Below, piece after piece: positions 1 to 12,734 of a stretch of DNA of 64,000 nt. The notes under the pieces are model-generated. The model was not told the origin of the DNA, searched no databases, and worked only from the letters and a program-made list of their open reading frames with translations. Position 1 is the first letter of the stretch, and each line of letters begins with the position of its first letter. Location of the stretch: positions 6,386,001-6,450,000 of the forward strand of contig NC_135258.1 of assembly GCF_964204865.1 (NCBI RefSeq). The letters run 5' to 3'. Origin of the DNA: Styela clava (taxonomy: Eukaryota). Position numbers and translations under genes: made by a program.

Positions 1-1915
1 CGACCAGTTACGGTCATCTGAGTCAGTTACCACCCAATACAACACATGAATAAATACATAAATTGACACAGGTTCTTTTTTTTTAACTCTCAGTTTATAG
101 AGAAATATTTACACTATTTACAAAACGAGGATAAATTTTGGATTCATCTAATCAGGGTTGGGAATTTATTGTGAAAAATGACACATTTATAACAGTAAAC
201 ATAATGTGGTTTTTGTTTTAAGTTAATTTAATGGTAGAAAAAGAGGAGTGGATTTCCAAAATAGATACTTAATTCTAAATGAGCCTATATATGAGAATTA
301 ATTAGTACATCATTTTAACACTATGAAAAAATAAAAAAAATAATACTACAATAGTACATAAATAGACATATGCAAATTTAAGCAGATATGATTTATTAAA
401 GACAAAGATGAGACAGTTACAATAGTCCAAAAACCATTTCAAATCTTACAAAAATTCATAGTCTACCCCAAACGAAAACTTTGGTAGTAGTAGTATAAGA
501 AAATGGTTAAATTTATTAAGATATCGCATATCGATAAATTTTAATTACACTCACAGTTAATTAAATAATCCATAACAACCGCTTAACAGTAATTGACAAT
601 GTAATTATATTGAGGAGCATCACATGAATTTAAAAAGTCACTTAGCGGAGCAGTTTTGGGTTACTAGGGTGGTATAACACCAGACCTAATGTTGTGCATA
701 GATAGGATAGCAGAAAATGAATGGAAATGTTTGCAGAATGATAATGCATGAGATATATATAAAACAGTGGATTAATTTGGTTACTCCCAAACGTAAACTT
801 TGGTGGTAGGGGTATCAAAAAATTGCCAAATTTAATAATTTATTGCAATATCGATAAATGTGATTAAATAAACCATAACAACCACATAATGGTAATTGAA
901 ACAGTAATTATATAATATCAAACCTATTGTTGAGCATAGGTGGGATATCAGAAAATGATTAGAATTGTTTGCAGAATAATAAATGACAGGAATGAAATAT
1001 ACATAAAACGATGAATTAATTTGGCAGGATAGACCAAGAATAATACATACAAGTACACTATAATCTAATTGTAGGGCCAAAAGAGGCCAGTTTCCAGCCA
1101 TTGTAGCATGAACCGCAATTAAGGAGTGGAGGAATATATTAGAATGTAGCAAGTGAGTTTTATGATTGGAGAATAAAGAATTTATAAAACAATTATATTA
1201 ATGCAATTAAACAAGTTATGAATATCAATTTTAGACAAACCATGAATTTTTGAATCGTCAAAAGTAAACTGGTTGTTATAATGAAATGGTATTGTGATTC
1301 ACATTCAACAGTGCATGCTTTTTTAACTATAACATATGAGATTTAATATGAAATTCTGATTACACTACACATCTAATTATTAAAATGAATTAGGAATACT
1401 GGATTGTATAATGAAATTCATTTAGGTTCTCACCTTCAGATTTACCCAGTTAGCCCAGGTCATTGACTACTGAAAAGCATAATAACCACATATTTAAAAA
1501 TTGCACATGTATGTGTACATATGTCTAAGCCACTATGTAAATATATATGATGCCGTACATGAAGAGCATGTAGCAAGTATTGATAAATCTTGAACCTTGG
1601 TTTGGAAAGAAGAATAGAGTGAATAAATATCACAAAATGCTACAAAAATGTATCCTACATAATTCCAAGATCTAGCTAGGTTTCAGAACATATTGACTTG
1701 CAATTTGTTAGCCATATAGTTGGACTATACAATGACACATACAGGGTGGCCCAAAAGTAGGTATACAGTTATTAAATTAATAACTATGAACTATCAGGCA
1801 CTAGTCATATGTGTAAATCCACTAAACCAATACATGGAGAACAAGTTAAAATAAGCATATTATACACATGTCCACATCAGTATCCCATTGAAATTGGAGG
1901 ACTTAAACTTTGCAT

Positions 1916-4900
1916 TTAATATTTGGATATGATGTATTTCATGAACTCAAATTTAAATTTTTTGTACGAGAATGTTTTTAGAATGTCTGGGATATCATTC
2001 CAAATTTTAGGGCCTATGAATTTGATAGAATTTTGAGCAAATTTTGAATTTGTTCGTGAAATAAAAAATGCTCCCTTAGAAGCGGAACGAGTACCATAAG
2101 AATGCACAGAACTACAATCACTAAAATACAAGTCAAAGGCCTCTGGCAACATACTATGCCTGAATTGAAACATTAATTTAGCAATTTCATAGATATAAAC
2201 ATCATTTAATTTTAGGAGGTTCATACGCTTGTAAATGGGGCTCATACTATGATGCAAAGGAGTATTGGTCATAACCCGAAGAGCTCTATTTTGTAATACA
2301 GTTATAGCATTAAGTCTAGTTTTATCAGCGGAACCCCATGCCACAATTCCATACTGTAAGTGCGAATAAAAGAGAGAAAAGTAAACAGTTCGCATGATTT
2401 TTTTAGGAATCAAATTTTTTATCCTTGTCATTATTCCTACAGACCTAGATAGTTTCAATTTCAGGGAGTTGATGTGTCGGTCCCATTTGAGCTTGTTATC
2501 TATGAATATTCCAAGGTATTTAACTGCGTCATGCACGTTTAGTCTAACACCACTTAGAGTAAAATCAGGACAATGTGGATACTTGATATTTTTATTATAA
2601 GGATGATTTATTAGTAGTACCTGTGTTTTCTCAGGATTTATAGTTAACTTATTAGATTTCATCCATTTAGAAATATTTTGTAAGTTTATTTTGACTAGAT
2701 TGGACAAATCAAAGATACTGGAAGATATTGACGTTATGCTTGTGTCATCAGCGAAAAGTTTGAATATTCCTGAACTACAATTAACTACATCATTTATATA
2801 AACAAGAAAAAGGGTTGGGCCGAGAACTGAGCCCTGGGGCACGCCAACAGAAACAAGTTCATGAGTTGATTCATTGGCAGAGACAGTGACAAATTGATTT
2901 CGACCGTGCAGGTAACTAGAAAATAGTTTACTCACAGTACCGCGGATCCCATAATGTTTCAATTTGCTTATAAGTATTTTGTGATCAACTGTGTCAAACG
3001 CCTTTTTTAAATCCAAAAATATACTACAGCCAACCAAACCCTTATCAACGATTTCATAATATTTACTAATTATATCTAAAATTGCATGTGTAGTCGAGTG
3101 ATGATTTCGAAAGCCAAATTGATCGCTATTAATAATAGAGTGTTTATTAAGGAAATTTTGGAGGCGACCAAGCATCAACTTTTCAAAAACAATAGAGAAG
3201 CATGAAAGTATAGAGATGGGTCGATAATTGGATACATTATTTTTTTTTCCAGATTTATAAACGGGAACAACTCTGGCAACCTTAAGATGATCTGGAAACA
3301 TACCAAAAGAAACAGAGTAATTGAAGAGTTTGCAGAGAACTGGACTAATTGTACTGCACAAAAGTTTCAGGAGATAAGCTGGAATATGGTCATACCCGGT
3401 TGCTTTGTTAGTTTTTAAAGACTTGATTATATTTACTACTTCATTCAATGAAGCATCTTCCATAAACATAGACAATTTGTTTGGAGCGCTCATGAATTTT
3501 AGATGCTCATTATTGCACACATCCTGAAAAGCCAAAGACAACGTTTGCCCAATCTGTGAAAAATACCTATTGAACATTCTTGATATTATGCCACTATCAT
3601 GAACTACTCCCCTGAATGCTGATCAATTAGTTTTTGAGGAACGTTATTGCTTGATTTAGAATTTATTAAGGAATTTATTGTGCTCCAAGTCTTTTTTGGA
3701 TCATTTATATCATTTTCAAAGCGCTTTGCAAAATATATCTCCTTAGCTTTCTTTTTCAAGTGGCACAATTTGTTGGCGTATTTCTTATAGTGCAGTTTTT
3801 GTTCAGATGATCCGTTAATAAAACAAGAGAGCTATGCTCAAATATATGGACACGTAGCGCCACCCAATGGCAATAATTTTGATCACGTCATAGCGAAAAA
3901 AAAAGTAATAGCCTTCTGGAGAAAAATTTTATCTTCAACCACTGAAAATTTCAAAGCAATTGGTCCAGTATTCGAAGAGAAAAGCGACTTTTTAAAAACG
4001 TGTCAAAGAACAAGAACAACAACAAGGACAACAAGAACAAGAACAACAACAACATAATATTGAAACGATCGTTATGTCCACTACGTGTCCAATGAGTCTT
4101 ATGCAATTTGTCTCTGACTTTAGTCGAACGCATAATGCCACTTGTTATCCAAGGTTTTTTCTCTAGATTACGTTCTTTTCTAGTAAGTTTTCTTAATGGT
4201 GCATGCTTATCACACACGTTTAGGACTTTAGAAATAAAATCGTTAAAACATGAATTGAAATTATCAGCATTAACATTAGAAAATGGATTAGAGTTAAAAA
4301 GATTTTGGGCGTCTTGAATAAAGTTAACATCAACAAAGTTTCTCATGTCACGTTTCATTTTTTGGTGAGAGTGGGAAGATGCATGACTAAGTTGAATCTG
4401 ACAAAAAATAGGGTAATGGTCTGTCATGCAATTTTGCCAAACAATAGAGGAAACACATTTTTCAGATATATTGCAATAAATATGATCTATTAAAGTAGCG
4501 GTTGAACTGGTTACTCGAGTCGGTTGGGTTATAACTGGAATTGTGGCGTGAGACATCAACATTTCAAGAAAACTTCTTGTAAATGTTGAGGAGCTTAACA
4601 AGTTAATATTAATATCACCTAATATAATAAATTTCTTTTTGTCAATTGCCAATTGGTACAGAGTATGGCTAAGCGCAGCCATAAAGTCAGATTCGCTGGA
4701 TCTTGGGTGTCGATACACCACACCAAGAACTATCGAAGAAAAATTTTCAAAGTGAATAGGTATTTCAACCCAGAGATCTTCGCATGCGTTAACATTCAGA
4801 GTATATTTATGCAACACTGAAGGATTTAGATGTGACCTAACATATAATCCAACTCCACCAGCTTGCGTTTTTGTTGGAGTATGTAAAAAATCATAACCTT

Positions 4901-5291
4901 GAATATCTACATTAACAATTGGGTCAGTTTTAAGTTTTGTTTCAGAGAGAGCTATTACAGTTGGGAATGAATTTAGATTAAGTACAATGTTGGACAATTC
5001 ATCTATATGCTTTTGTAGTGAGCGAATATTAAAATGAGCCAGAGTAAATTGATTTTTAGGTGCACCAGAACAGCCTAAGGTATCATATACATTGTCAAAA
5101 GTCTCGAACGACAAACATTGTTCAACATTTTCAAAGTTAAAATTAGATGTATCAAGTGGTTCTAATTTTTTGTCAAATACATAGGGGCAAGTATAAAATG
5201 GAAAAGTACATTTTAAACAAGTAGAGCAAAGACAATCACAGCTTGTAAGCAAATTATCAGAACAATTAAAGCAAAATCGCTGAGTAGCCAT
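1916..5291 (-). pseudogene. LINE ORF2 (endonuclease-reverse transcriptase), disrupted
   Basis: The frame reads ...KLHKTH|FINGSSEQKLHYKKYANKL... once the 3822-4091 insert is removed. A further frameshift near 3610 precedes the 553-aa RT portion. Confidence 0.9.
3822..4091. mobile_element. ~270 bp Helentron-associated non-autonomous element (HINE/DINE-1-like)
   Basis: Starts AACAAGAGAG. 11-bp inverted repeats TGGACACGTAG (3847-3857) and CTACGTGTCCA (4081-4091). Internal (GAACAA/CAA)n microsatellite. Inserted in an A/T run with no long TSD, splitting LINE ORF2. Confidence 0.7.
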
Positions 5292-5329
5292 TTTACTGAC
5301 CTAATATACAAAAGATATCAACAGACTAT

Positions 5330-6269
5330 TTAGGATAGTTTTTCAAGATCTGAGAGCTCTGATATTGGAATTCTGGGACTATCTTTAGATTTGCGCATGA
5401 AAATTTTGCCATTGGTTGTCCACAGCCTCTCATACATTTTAGATTTTTTCACCAGTCTTGAGTTATATAAAAGATTATTCCTAAAAGGTGTGAGATTTTC
5501 ATTTATGTAAAGTGAGACCATACCTGGTATACCAAAGTCCTTGATTTGAGAAGCACCAAACTTTTTAGCTATGAATTCATTTTTTTTATTTCTGTTAGTG
5601 AATCGAACAATGATCGGTCCAGTTTTAGAACTATCTCTCCTTGGAAGACGATGCGATACCGAAATGTCCAGTCTTTCCACAGTGATGCCCAGTTTTTTTC
5701 CCAATTTCTACAACTATGTTATCTGTGTTTTCGCCTTCCCTGAAGGGAATCCCATGAAATTCAATATTTTCCCTTCTCACGTACTGTGCAAGGTCCTCAA
5801 AATCATGGTCGAATCGGTGCTGGAGAGAATTAAACATACTTAGTAAGTATTCATTTTTGGCAGACAGATCCCTCACCACCTGGTCCAGCTTAACAATGTA
5901 ATCTTTCTGGATCTCAAACTCTGCATTAATAAACTCCTGGCTGGCTTTTACTGTGCAGAGATCAGTGGCAAGATTACAGTTTTTGAGACGCAAACCATCT
6001 AGTTCTTCAGTTACTTTTGAAAATTTCTCTACCAGCTGGTCACTTTAAAGAAACATAGCCTCCAATTTCTCAGTCATCTGCTGCGTGTTATTCAGGACTG
6101 ATTCATTAATATGAGTTGAAATCTTTTTGTCATGTTCACTTATTGAGTCATCTAGTAGGTCCCTTATGCTTTCTTCCACTATTGCTTTTATTTCTATTTT
6201 TAAATTTTTTGTAATTCGCGATTCCAACAACTCCATCTTTGTATTCAATTGATCAATTTTCCCCTCCAT
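5330..6269 (-). pseudogene. LINE ORF1 (coiled coil plus L1/Tnp22-like RRM-CTD), disrupted
   Basis: Motifs RRENIEFHGIP, ISVSHRLP, GPIIVRF, LYINENLT, LWTTNGKIFMRK. In-frame stop at 6045-6047 and a frameshift in the T-run near 5700. Confidence 0.88.
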
Positions 6270-7589
6270 TTAATCAGATGAAATTATCAAGTAGTCTAAG
6301 TTAGTTTTAAGTATATACAAGAACCTGTGAAACCTTAATCAAAACAGCAATAGGTAAGCTGAGGTATCTCCACTCAATAGCTCAAAAGCAGTCTATTTGA
6401 TTTTGATTTTGATCGTGATATCGTAAAATTTCGTTTATCGTCATTATTTTGATTTGTTGTTTAACTATTGTATCATAATTGATAAATTCCTATTTTGTAA
6501 AACGTCCATAGCTCCCTTATCTCAAAATTGATCGCCCATTCGACACAAATTTGTGAGTGATAACTTTATTGAGATATTAAAATAAATGTAATCCGTAACC
6601 TATGACGTCGTTTGTAAATTGCAATATCATATTTAACAGACCCTATATGCTGTATATGTTCGATTTACTCTAAATAGTGTAAACAGCAAAAACCAATTTT
6701 GGCCACGATAATGATTTTAAAACTTCTTCACTTTCGAATATTCAACATATTTACATGACTTACGATTTCTATGTATAGTTTTGTTCTGACATTCTAATGA
6801 AACAATACTTCAATAAAACTGGCATTTGGCTATGAACATGTTGTTACAAAAATGGCATAGTTTCATTATCTTAATTTCATATTTTCTTAGAAACGAAGAA
6901 TCTGTGAGTTTATTTATTTATATACAGACAATAGTATTCAATTTATAGATTGATTTTAGGAAAATTGGCAAAACCTGATTTGAGACAACACTCATTTTCA
7001 ACAGTAAAGCGTGGTCGTGTATGCATACATATAACAATTTTGTAAACATGCTAGCAAGAAAACATGAAGTGGCCACAGAGCTCCCAAATCTCATGCTGGG
7101 CGGGATATCATAGTAGGCGTTTTCGGTGCAATAATTTCAGAACAAATTTATAGGAGTTGACCACTAAAAATATTACTGTAAAGCTAGTTTTAGTAAGACC
7201 CTCATTTAAGACTTCATTGGTCTGTGAGATATTTGTTCCGTATTAGCCCTGGTTTCAGGTATTTCAACGAAATACCGCTTTCTAGGTCATCGTCATTTTG
7301 GAGATCGCAGCTAACGAATGAGATAAGGTTTTACAAATGTCAATGTAAAAAAACAGCAAAAGAAAAAAGACCTTGGCAGAACAATGTTGTTTATATCGTT
7401 AAGAGACGTTTATCCCTCGGACTACAATGACACTCAAAAATGTTTGCTTCGTAGAAGCGGGTAAATGCATATACACCAAAACTAACTACAAGTGAAACAG
7501 TGTTGAAATTTAGAATATTGAGCTTGCGCCTGTAACATGAAAATTATTTGCGACTGGAAATTGCCGTTGGGGCAAACATTTTTTGTGAA

Positions 7590-8150
7590 AATGTACGTGG
7601 GTTCAAATGTACGCGGGTTCAAATGTACGCGAGTTCAAATATAATATACGTTGGTTCAAATATACGCGGGTTCAAATGTCCGTGGGTTCAAATGTACGCG
7701 GGTTCAAATATACGTGGGTTCAAATATACGTGGGTTCAAATGTCCGTGGGTTCAAATGTACGCGGGTTCAAATATACGTGGGTTCAAATGTCTGTGGGTG
7801 GAAATATACATGGGTTCAAATGTCCGCGGGTGCAAATGTTCGTGGGTTCAAATGTCCGCGGGTGCAAATGTACATGGGTTCAAATGTACGCGGGTGCAAA
7901 CGTACACGGGTTCAAATGTCCGCGGGTGCAAATGTACATGGGTTCAAATGTACGCGGGTGCAAACGTACACGGGTTCGAATGTCCGCGGGTTCAATCTAT
8001 ATGCGGGTGCTAAAATCCATGGGTGGAAATGTATGGGTTCAAATGTCCGTAGGTGCAAATGTCCATAGGTGCAATAGTATACAGGTGCAATTGTTCTGGG
8101 TTCAAATTACGGGTTCAGATGTACGGGTTCAAATGTACGCGGGTTCAAAG
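7590..8150. repeat. Minisatellite, 16-bp unit ATGTACGCGGGTTCAA, about 35 copies
   Basis: Directly visible tandem units with Y/R variation. Confidence 0.95.
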
Positions 8151-9792
8151 ATAATGGAACCGTTATTTGTAGCTTATTGTTAGGTAGGTATTTTTGAGGT
8201 AGGGCGCGAGACAAATTCTAAAAAAGGGGGCGCAGTTTAAAAAGTTTGAGAATCATTGCAATAAATAATATTGGCTGTAATGAGCGCATATACATAATAT
8301 AGAAAATACTGTATAAATAACTAGAACAACGTCTCCGCCCAGGGGAGGGTTATTCGCTGTAGTATTAAGCTACCAACAATTTTAAGATTTTTACTGTCAC
8401 TATAAACACACAATAAACTACTATAACTGCACAAAAGCGGAGGTGTGTCTTACGCATCCCACTAGCAATGAATTCTTTATTAAAAATTGAACAAATAAAG
8501 TAGTGTAATTCATAGGGACGGAGGAATTGGAAGTTTCAAAATCGAAAATGGGAGGAATTCAACAAAAAGGTTGGGAAATGCTGAACTAGAACAAACTTGT
8601 ACATTCTAGTATAACCTAGTTATAATATCCATCATGTCAGAAATGGTTGTATAAATGCAAAACATAGAATATCTTATAAAATTAGCTAAAAACAATGATT
8701 CTCTCTCGTATAGTTGAAAGGAAACCAAAATGTCGGCAATTGTTCTCATATGGGAATGTATTCGTCCGTCTTTAAAAACTATTGAAATAAATACGCGGGT
8801 GCAAATATAAAAATTATTGAAGATTTAATAAATAAATCGAAATACTGAATGAGTTTTTTGATATAATAAACTATAATTATTTGAAAGGACTCCAAGCAGG
8901 ATATTGTGCCATTTGATAAGACATTTCCTGAATTGGCGGCCATTGTGGTCAATAGAAATCGATTCATTAAATCATACATGCATCATTATTAAAGTATTGT
9001 AATACTACAGATTTATTTACTATTTTCCACTATTGAATTCTTTGTTAATGAGCAGGATACTGAATATGCAGGTAGAAGATGTAAAGCCATGCTTTGGAGG
9101 CAGGACAACACAACACGCCGAAGAGCAACGACCTGTTTTAAAGAAACAAGGTATTTATTTATATTCATTCATCTGGCCAAAAGCTATGATTATTGGGATT
9201 AAAACCCAAGTTATATAATTTGTTGCGAATTTCGGGTCGGGCTCGGGCTTCAGATCTTAGCTCTAACTGTAGCCATTATTTTGCTGGATTCTTTTACTTC
9301 GCAATGTTTTACTGAGTTTTAAGTAACATGATTACGGATATAGGTTTATGATATATGATTTTTTGTTATCTTGTTCCGCACATTTATCAGAGCGCTTTCT
9401 ATTCGATATAATCTACCTTTGTAATATAGTTGGCCTGGGACACAAATCAAAAATATTACGACATTAACATTGCTAGCTCCTACAGCAAATATTTAGTCCC
9501 GCACCAACATTTTACCAAAGAAAGTTCGTTATATCGTACAAATATCAACGTGTCTCATTTTGCATTGATGGATTCCTGATCATTAAGCCTTAAGAGTTAT
9601 TATTATTCTCTTTATCATTAAGATTGATGACCGCCTGACCGTAACACTCCCTCATGTCTATACCAAACTAATTTATTATTTTTTATTATTACGATGACTG
9701 TTATTTTATTTCGGTTGATGAAGAAAAATAAAATCTCTGGCTCTCACTCTCTATTTATATACGTTTCAGAATAAACAAAATCTTCAAAGAAA

Positions 9793-12609
9793 ATGCGTAT
9801 GAAAGTTGCAGCTATTCTCTGTTTCGCATTTTTTTTCCTGCTGGTGGAGGAGACTCATGGTTGGGGGATCAGAAGACTTTTTGTAACACCAGGAAGGATA
9901 TTTAAGCAGTCTGCGAACTCCTACAAATACGTTAGAAATCGGTAAGTTTATTCTCACCGCTTCAATATACTCAATTTATCAAAACTGAACAGTTTTTTTG
10001 AACTTTGCGACTAATTTTTGATATTACAGTTTAATTTTTAAATTGTGTTAATCTTGTATAAAGTTTCTAGGATAAGATAGGTAGGTAACGTGTTGCATAC
10101 TCCGCCGTGGTACCACAAATGCCAACGCAGAAGACAAATACACAACACAAAAGTGTAAATACACTGGTATTTACTTTTCTATGTAGCAAGCGACGTTCAA
10201 ATTATATTCAAGCTCAAGTTATTTTCATTAATAATTTAAATGGAAAATTAGATGGATGAGTACTACAGTCTGATTTTCAGCATGCACAAGCGGGCCCTAT
10301 GAAATACTTTGATGGGCCGGATCAAGACCTCGGGCCATAATTTTTCCATCCGATTTAAGCGATCAAAAGAACAAAATTACTTGAATGTTTTGTCTCCTTT
10401 AAACCATAGGGGGGGGGGGGTAACATACGGCCCGCGACGAGATTTTGACCGACCCGCTGACTGTACATCAGTACATTATGTTATTACATTATTACACTTT
10501 TAGTACATTATGATAAATTCATTATGTGTTGTTTGGTCTCCATTTTTTGTAAAATTTAAACTTTACTTTAAACACGATTCATAATTTTCTTTCTTGCATT
10601 AGCTAACAAATATGTGATTAAGATAATGAATACTATTCATGTTATAATCCGGCCCACCGAGAACTTCATTTTCCCACAACCGCCCGCCTACTAGAGAAGT
10701 TGCCCACCCCTTCTTTAAACCGATGAACCCTTCATATAGTTTTTATTTCTTTGAATACTTACGACACTTTACTTTTATAGCCCAGGCAAGTATTATCGCA
10801 GAGGTTTATGGGACAACAAAGTAGAAATCAGTAAGCTGAGAGAGCTCAAAGAGAAGGTAATCTACTATAATTTGATTAAGATAAAGCTAGCGTTTTAAGA
10901 CTTTGGCATCGCAGGTTATACATCGCTGGTTCAAATCCCATGCCCATCACCGTAACCAGAGTGAAATAAATTGGGTATTCATTGCCGAAGCAGAAAGATC
11001 GCCATATTTTGAAGAAAGTTCTCAGATATCATTGACTACTTGTATAGAGCCTAGTTTGTAGCGAAATCCGAGAAAAAGTGTCCTTAAAAATCATAACAAA
11101 AATTCAAGTTTTCTTTTCTGAGGCGCGGTGGCGTTGCGACGTGTGCTAAGCGTTAGAATTACGCTCGCCACCGTACCTCTTATTACCATACGTCGTCGTA
11201 AGGTGGGTCGCGTAACCGGCGGTTGGTTGCGGCTTTCCTCCATCATTAAGTCCATGCTGAAAACAAATAGCTGGCTAACTAATCTCAACTAATCTGGTAC
11301 GCCAAACATTTAAGCCTTCTGATTGACTTTTCTCTCACGCTGGATATATAAATGCGTAAACCCTATTCTATTTGCATCGCCATTGTCGTATAAATTCTTC
11401 GCTTTACCACGAATGCCTGTGACGAAATATTATTGAAACAATCCTTCATGACTTGAACTTTTCGATATTAACTGATAAAGCAGAGTGTCGCCTAGTTAGT
11501 AGTCAATATTTAAATACTTAACTAGTGATTCGTCTCAGATACAAGTACTTGATAGCTGGGGAAGTCCTAACTCTTGCAGAAATCATCCCATGACGGCAAG
11601 TAGTACAGCAATCCTGTTGCACATATAATTATTAACGTTAAAAATTCGCGTAGAATAATCAAATGGCGATAGAAACCGCGTCCCCACCGTCCAGCACAAC
11701 ACGAGAATTGTGGAACCTGGTTCGTCTGTAGCTTTCAAATTTCAGCACAACATTATTTTTGTTCAGGACGAAGAAGCCTATAAGAACGCAATGTTTAAGA
11801 TTGCTAATGAAACTGCGGAAAAATCGGGAGATGGTAAAGCTCAGATTATGACGGAAATGTTGGATGAACTTGTCAGCATGCCAGACGGTAAGTTTGTATT
11901 CGATATAATTGTTATGAATGAGAAGAATTGATGTGTAAGATGTTAAAATGTCTGAAAATAGACCAGAACTCTCTGATTCGGTATTTAGTCAAGTCACTAT
12001 ATTTTACACGTTGTAAGTTCAAAGGTTTGATCATACTCCTATTTCTATCTGGACGCTTAATTAACCTAGAATGTTGCAACTTGCAAATATCACTGAATCG
12101 CGTGAAGAAACTTTAAATTATTTGAATAGCATTTGCAGGTTAGCCATTTTTTTTAAAGTTTGAAATATGGCGCCATTTTCTCATTATGAAGTCATTTCCC
12201 CACATTTTTCAAGATTAAATCAAAAGATGATATATATTACTAATACATCGTAGTGTTACTAACCTTCAATCGTCTGATCCCCAAGATCATTTTACATGGG
12301 TCACTTTCAAATGTTTTTTTTTTATCAACTATCAGGTCCTAGACATTCAGTCACGACTTTTTACAAGCGTATGCTAGGGTCTATCTGGCTATATAACTTT
12401 AACAAGATTCTGTCAAAAATATCCGATTCAATTTCTCTCTGTTATAACATACAGTATGAACGCCTTTTTTCTCTATTTTAGAGGAATTCAACCAATTCAT
12501 GACTGAACAAGAACTTGAACAAATTGCAGACTCTGACGAGCTGCTGTTAAGAATCAGTGAAAAGGAGTTTCCTGACGGACAGACCGACGAACCGACACCC
12601 AGTTATTAA
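9793..12609 (+). CDS. Styelin-like antimicrobial peptide precursor, copy 1 (157 aa, 4 coding exons)
   Basis: Exons 9793-9941, 10781-10856, 11767-11887, 12482-12609; all GT-AG, phases 2/0/1, 474 nt. Protein: MRMKVAAILCFAFFFLLVEETHG-WGIRRLFVTPGRIFKQSANSYKYVRNRPGKYYRRGLW-DNKVEISKLRELKEKDEEAYKNAMFKIANETAEKSGDGKAQIMTEMLDELVSMPDEEFNQFMTEQELEQIADSDELLLRISEKEFPDGQTDEPTPSY*. AATAAA at 12654. Confidence 0.88.
10405..10712. mobile_element. hAT (Buster-type) MITE in intron 1 of copy 1
   Basis: 8-bp TSD CTTTAAAC at 10397-10404 and 10713-10720. Degenerate G-rich TIRs and GGCCC subterminal motifs. Confidence 0.75.
11122..11372 (+). mobile_element. tRNA-derived SINE family A (internally deleted copy)
   Basis: Homologous to 34583-34895, 45263-45575, the split copy at 52510/57430, and 59278-59629 (minus). 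Confidence 0.7.
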
Positions 12610-12734
12610 TTTTATGCTTCCGTTTTTTTTATTGTTTCACAAACATATTGCAGAATAAAAAAATAATAATAGAAGAAGCGCCACCATAAATTACAATTTT
12701 ATTTTATCTTTTCCTACCACAGTATTAGTCAAGA

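Larger units (their letters stand above)
1916..6269 (-). mobile_element. Degraded CR1/L2-group non-LTR retrotransposon (ORF1 plus ORF2 with APE endonuclease and RT)
   Basis: ORF1 pieces at 6269-6045, 5993-5631 and 5704-5330. ORF2 has an EN domain (HFNIRSL, IALSETKL, ILGDININL, LIDHIY, TDHYPI) and an RT domain (NYRPIS, FLDLKKAFDTVDH, GVPQGSVLGPTLF, LFADD, KYLG). A Cys-rich CxxC..FPF segment precedes EN. UTR limits were not determined. Confidence 0.93.

Noticed and set aside
832-1152. 106-aa hydrophobic ORF
   Set aside because: Non-ATG start, AT-rich low-information sequence, no motif.
4021-4090. Hydrophobic C-terminus (LLLFLFLLSLLLFLFF) of the 446-aa ORF as a membrane anchor
   Set aside because: It is read-through into the microsatellite of the inserted element.
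7548-8183. Three overlapping repetitive ORFs; CRISPR-like appearance
   Set aside because: Artefact of a 16-bp tandem repeat. There are no unique spacers or cas genes, and the context is eukaryotic.
11710-11931. ORFs 11710, 24184, 35128 and 46132 as stand-alone genes
   Set aside because: Only the 121-nt core between CAG and GTAAGT is conserved; these are exon 3 of the peptide genes.
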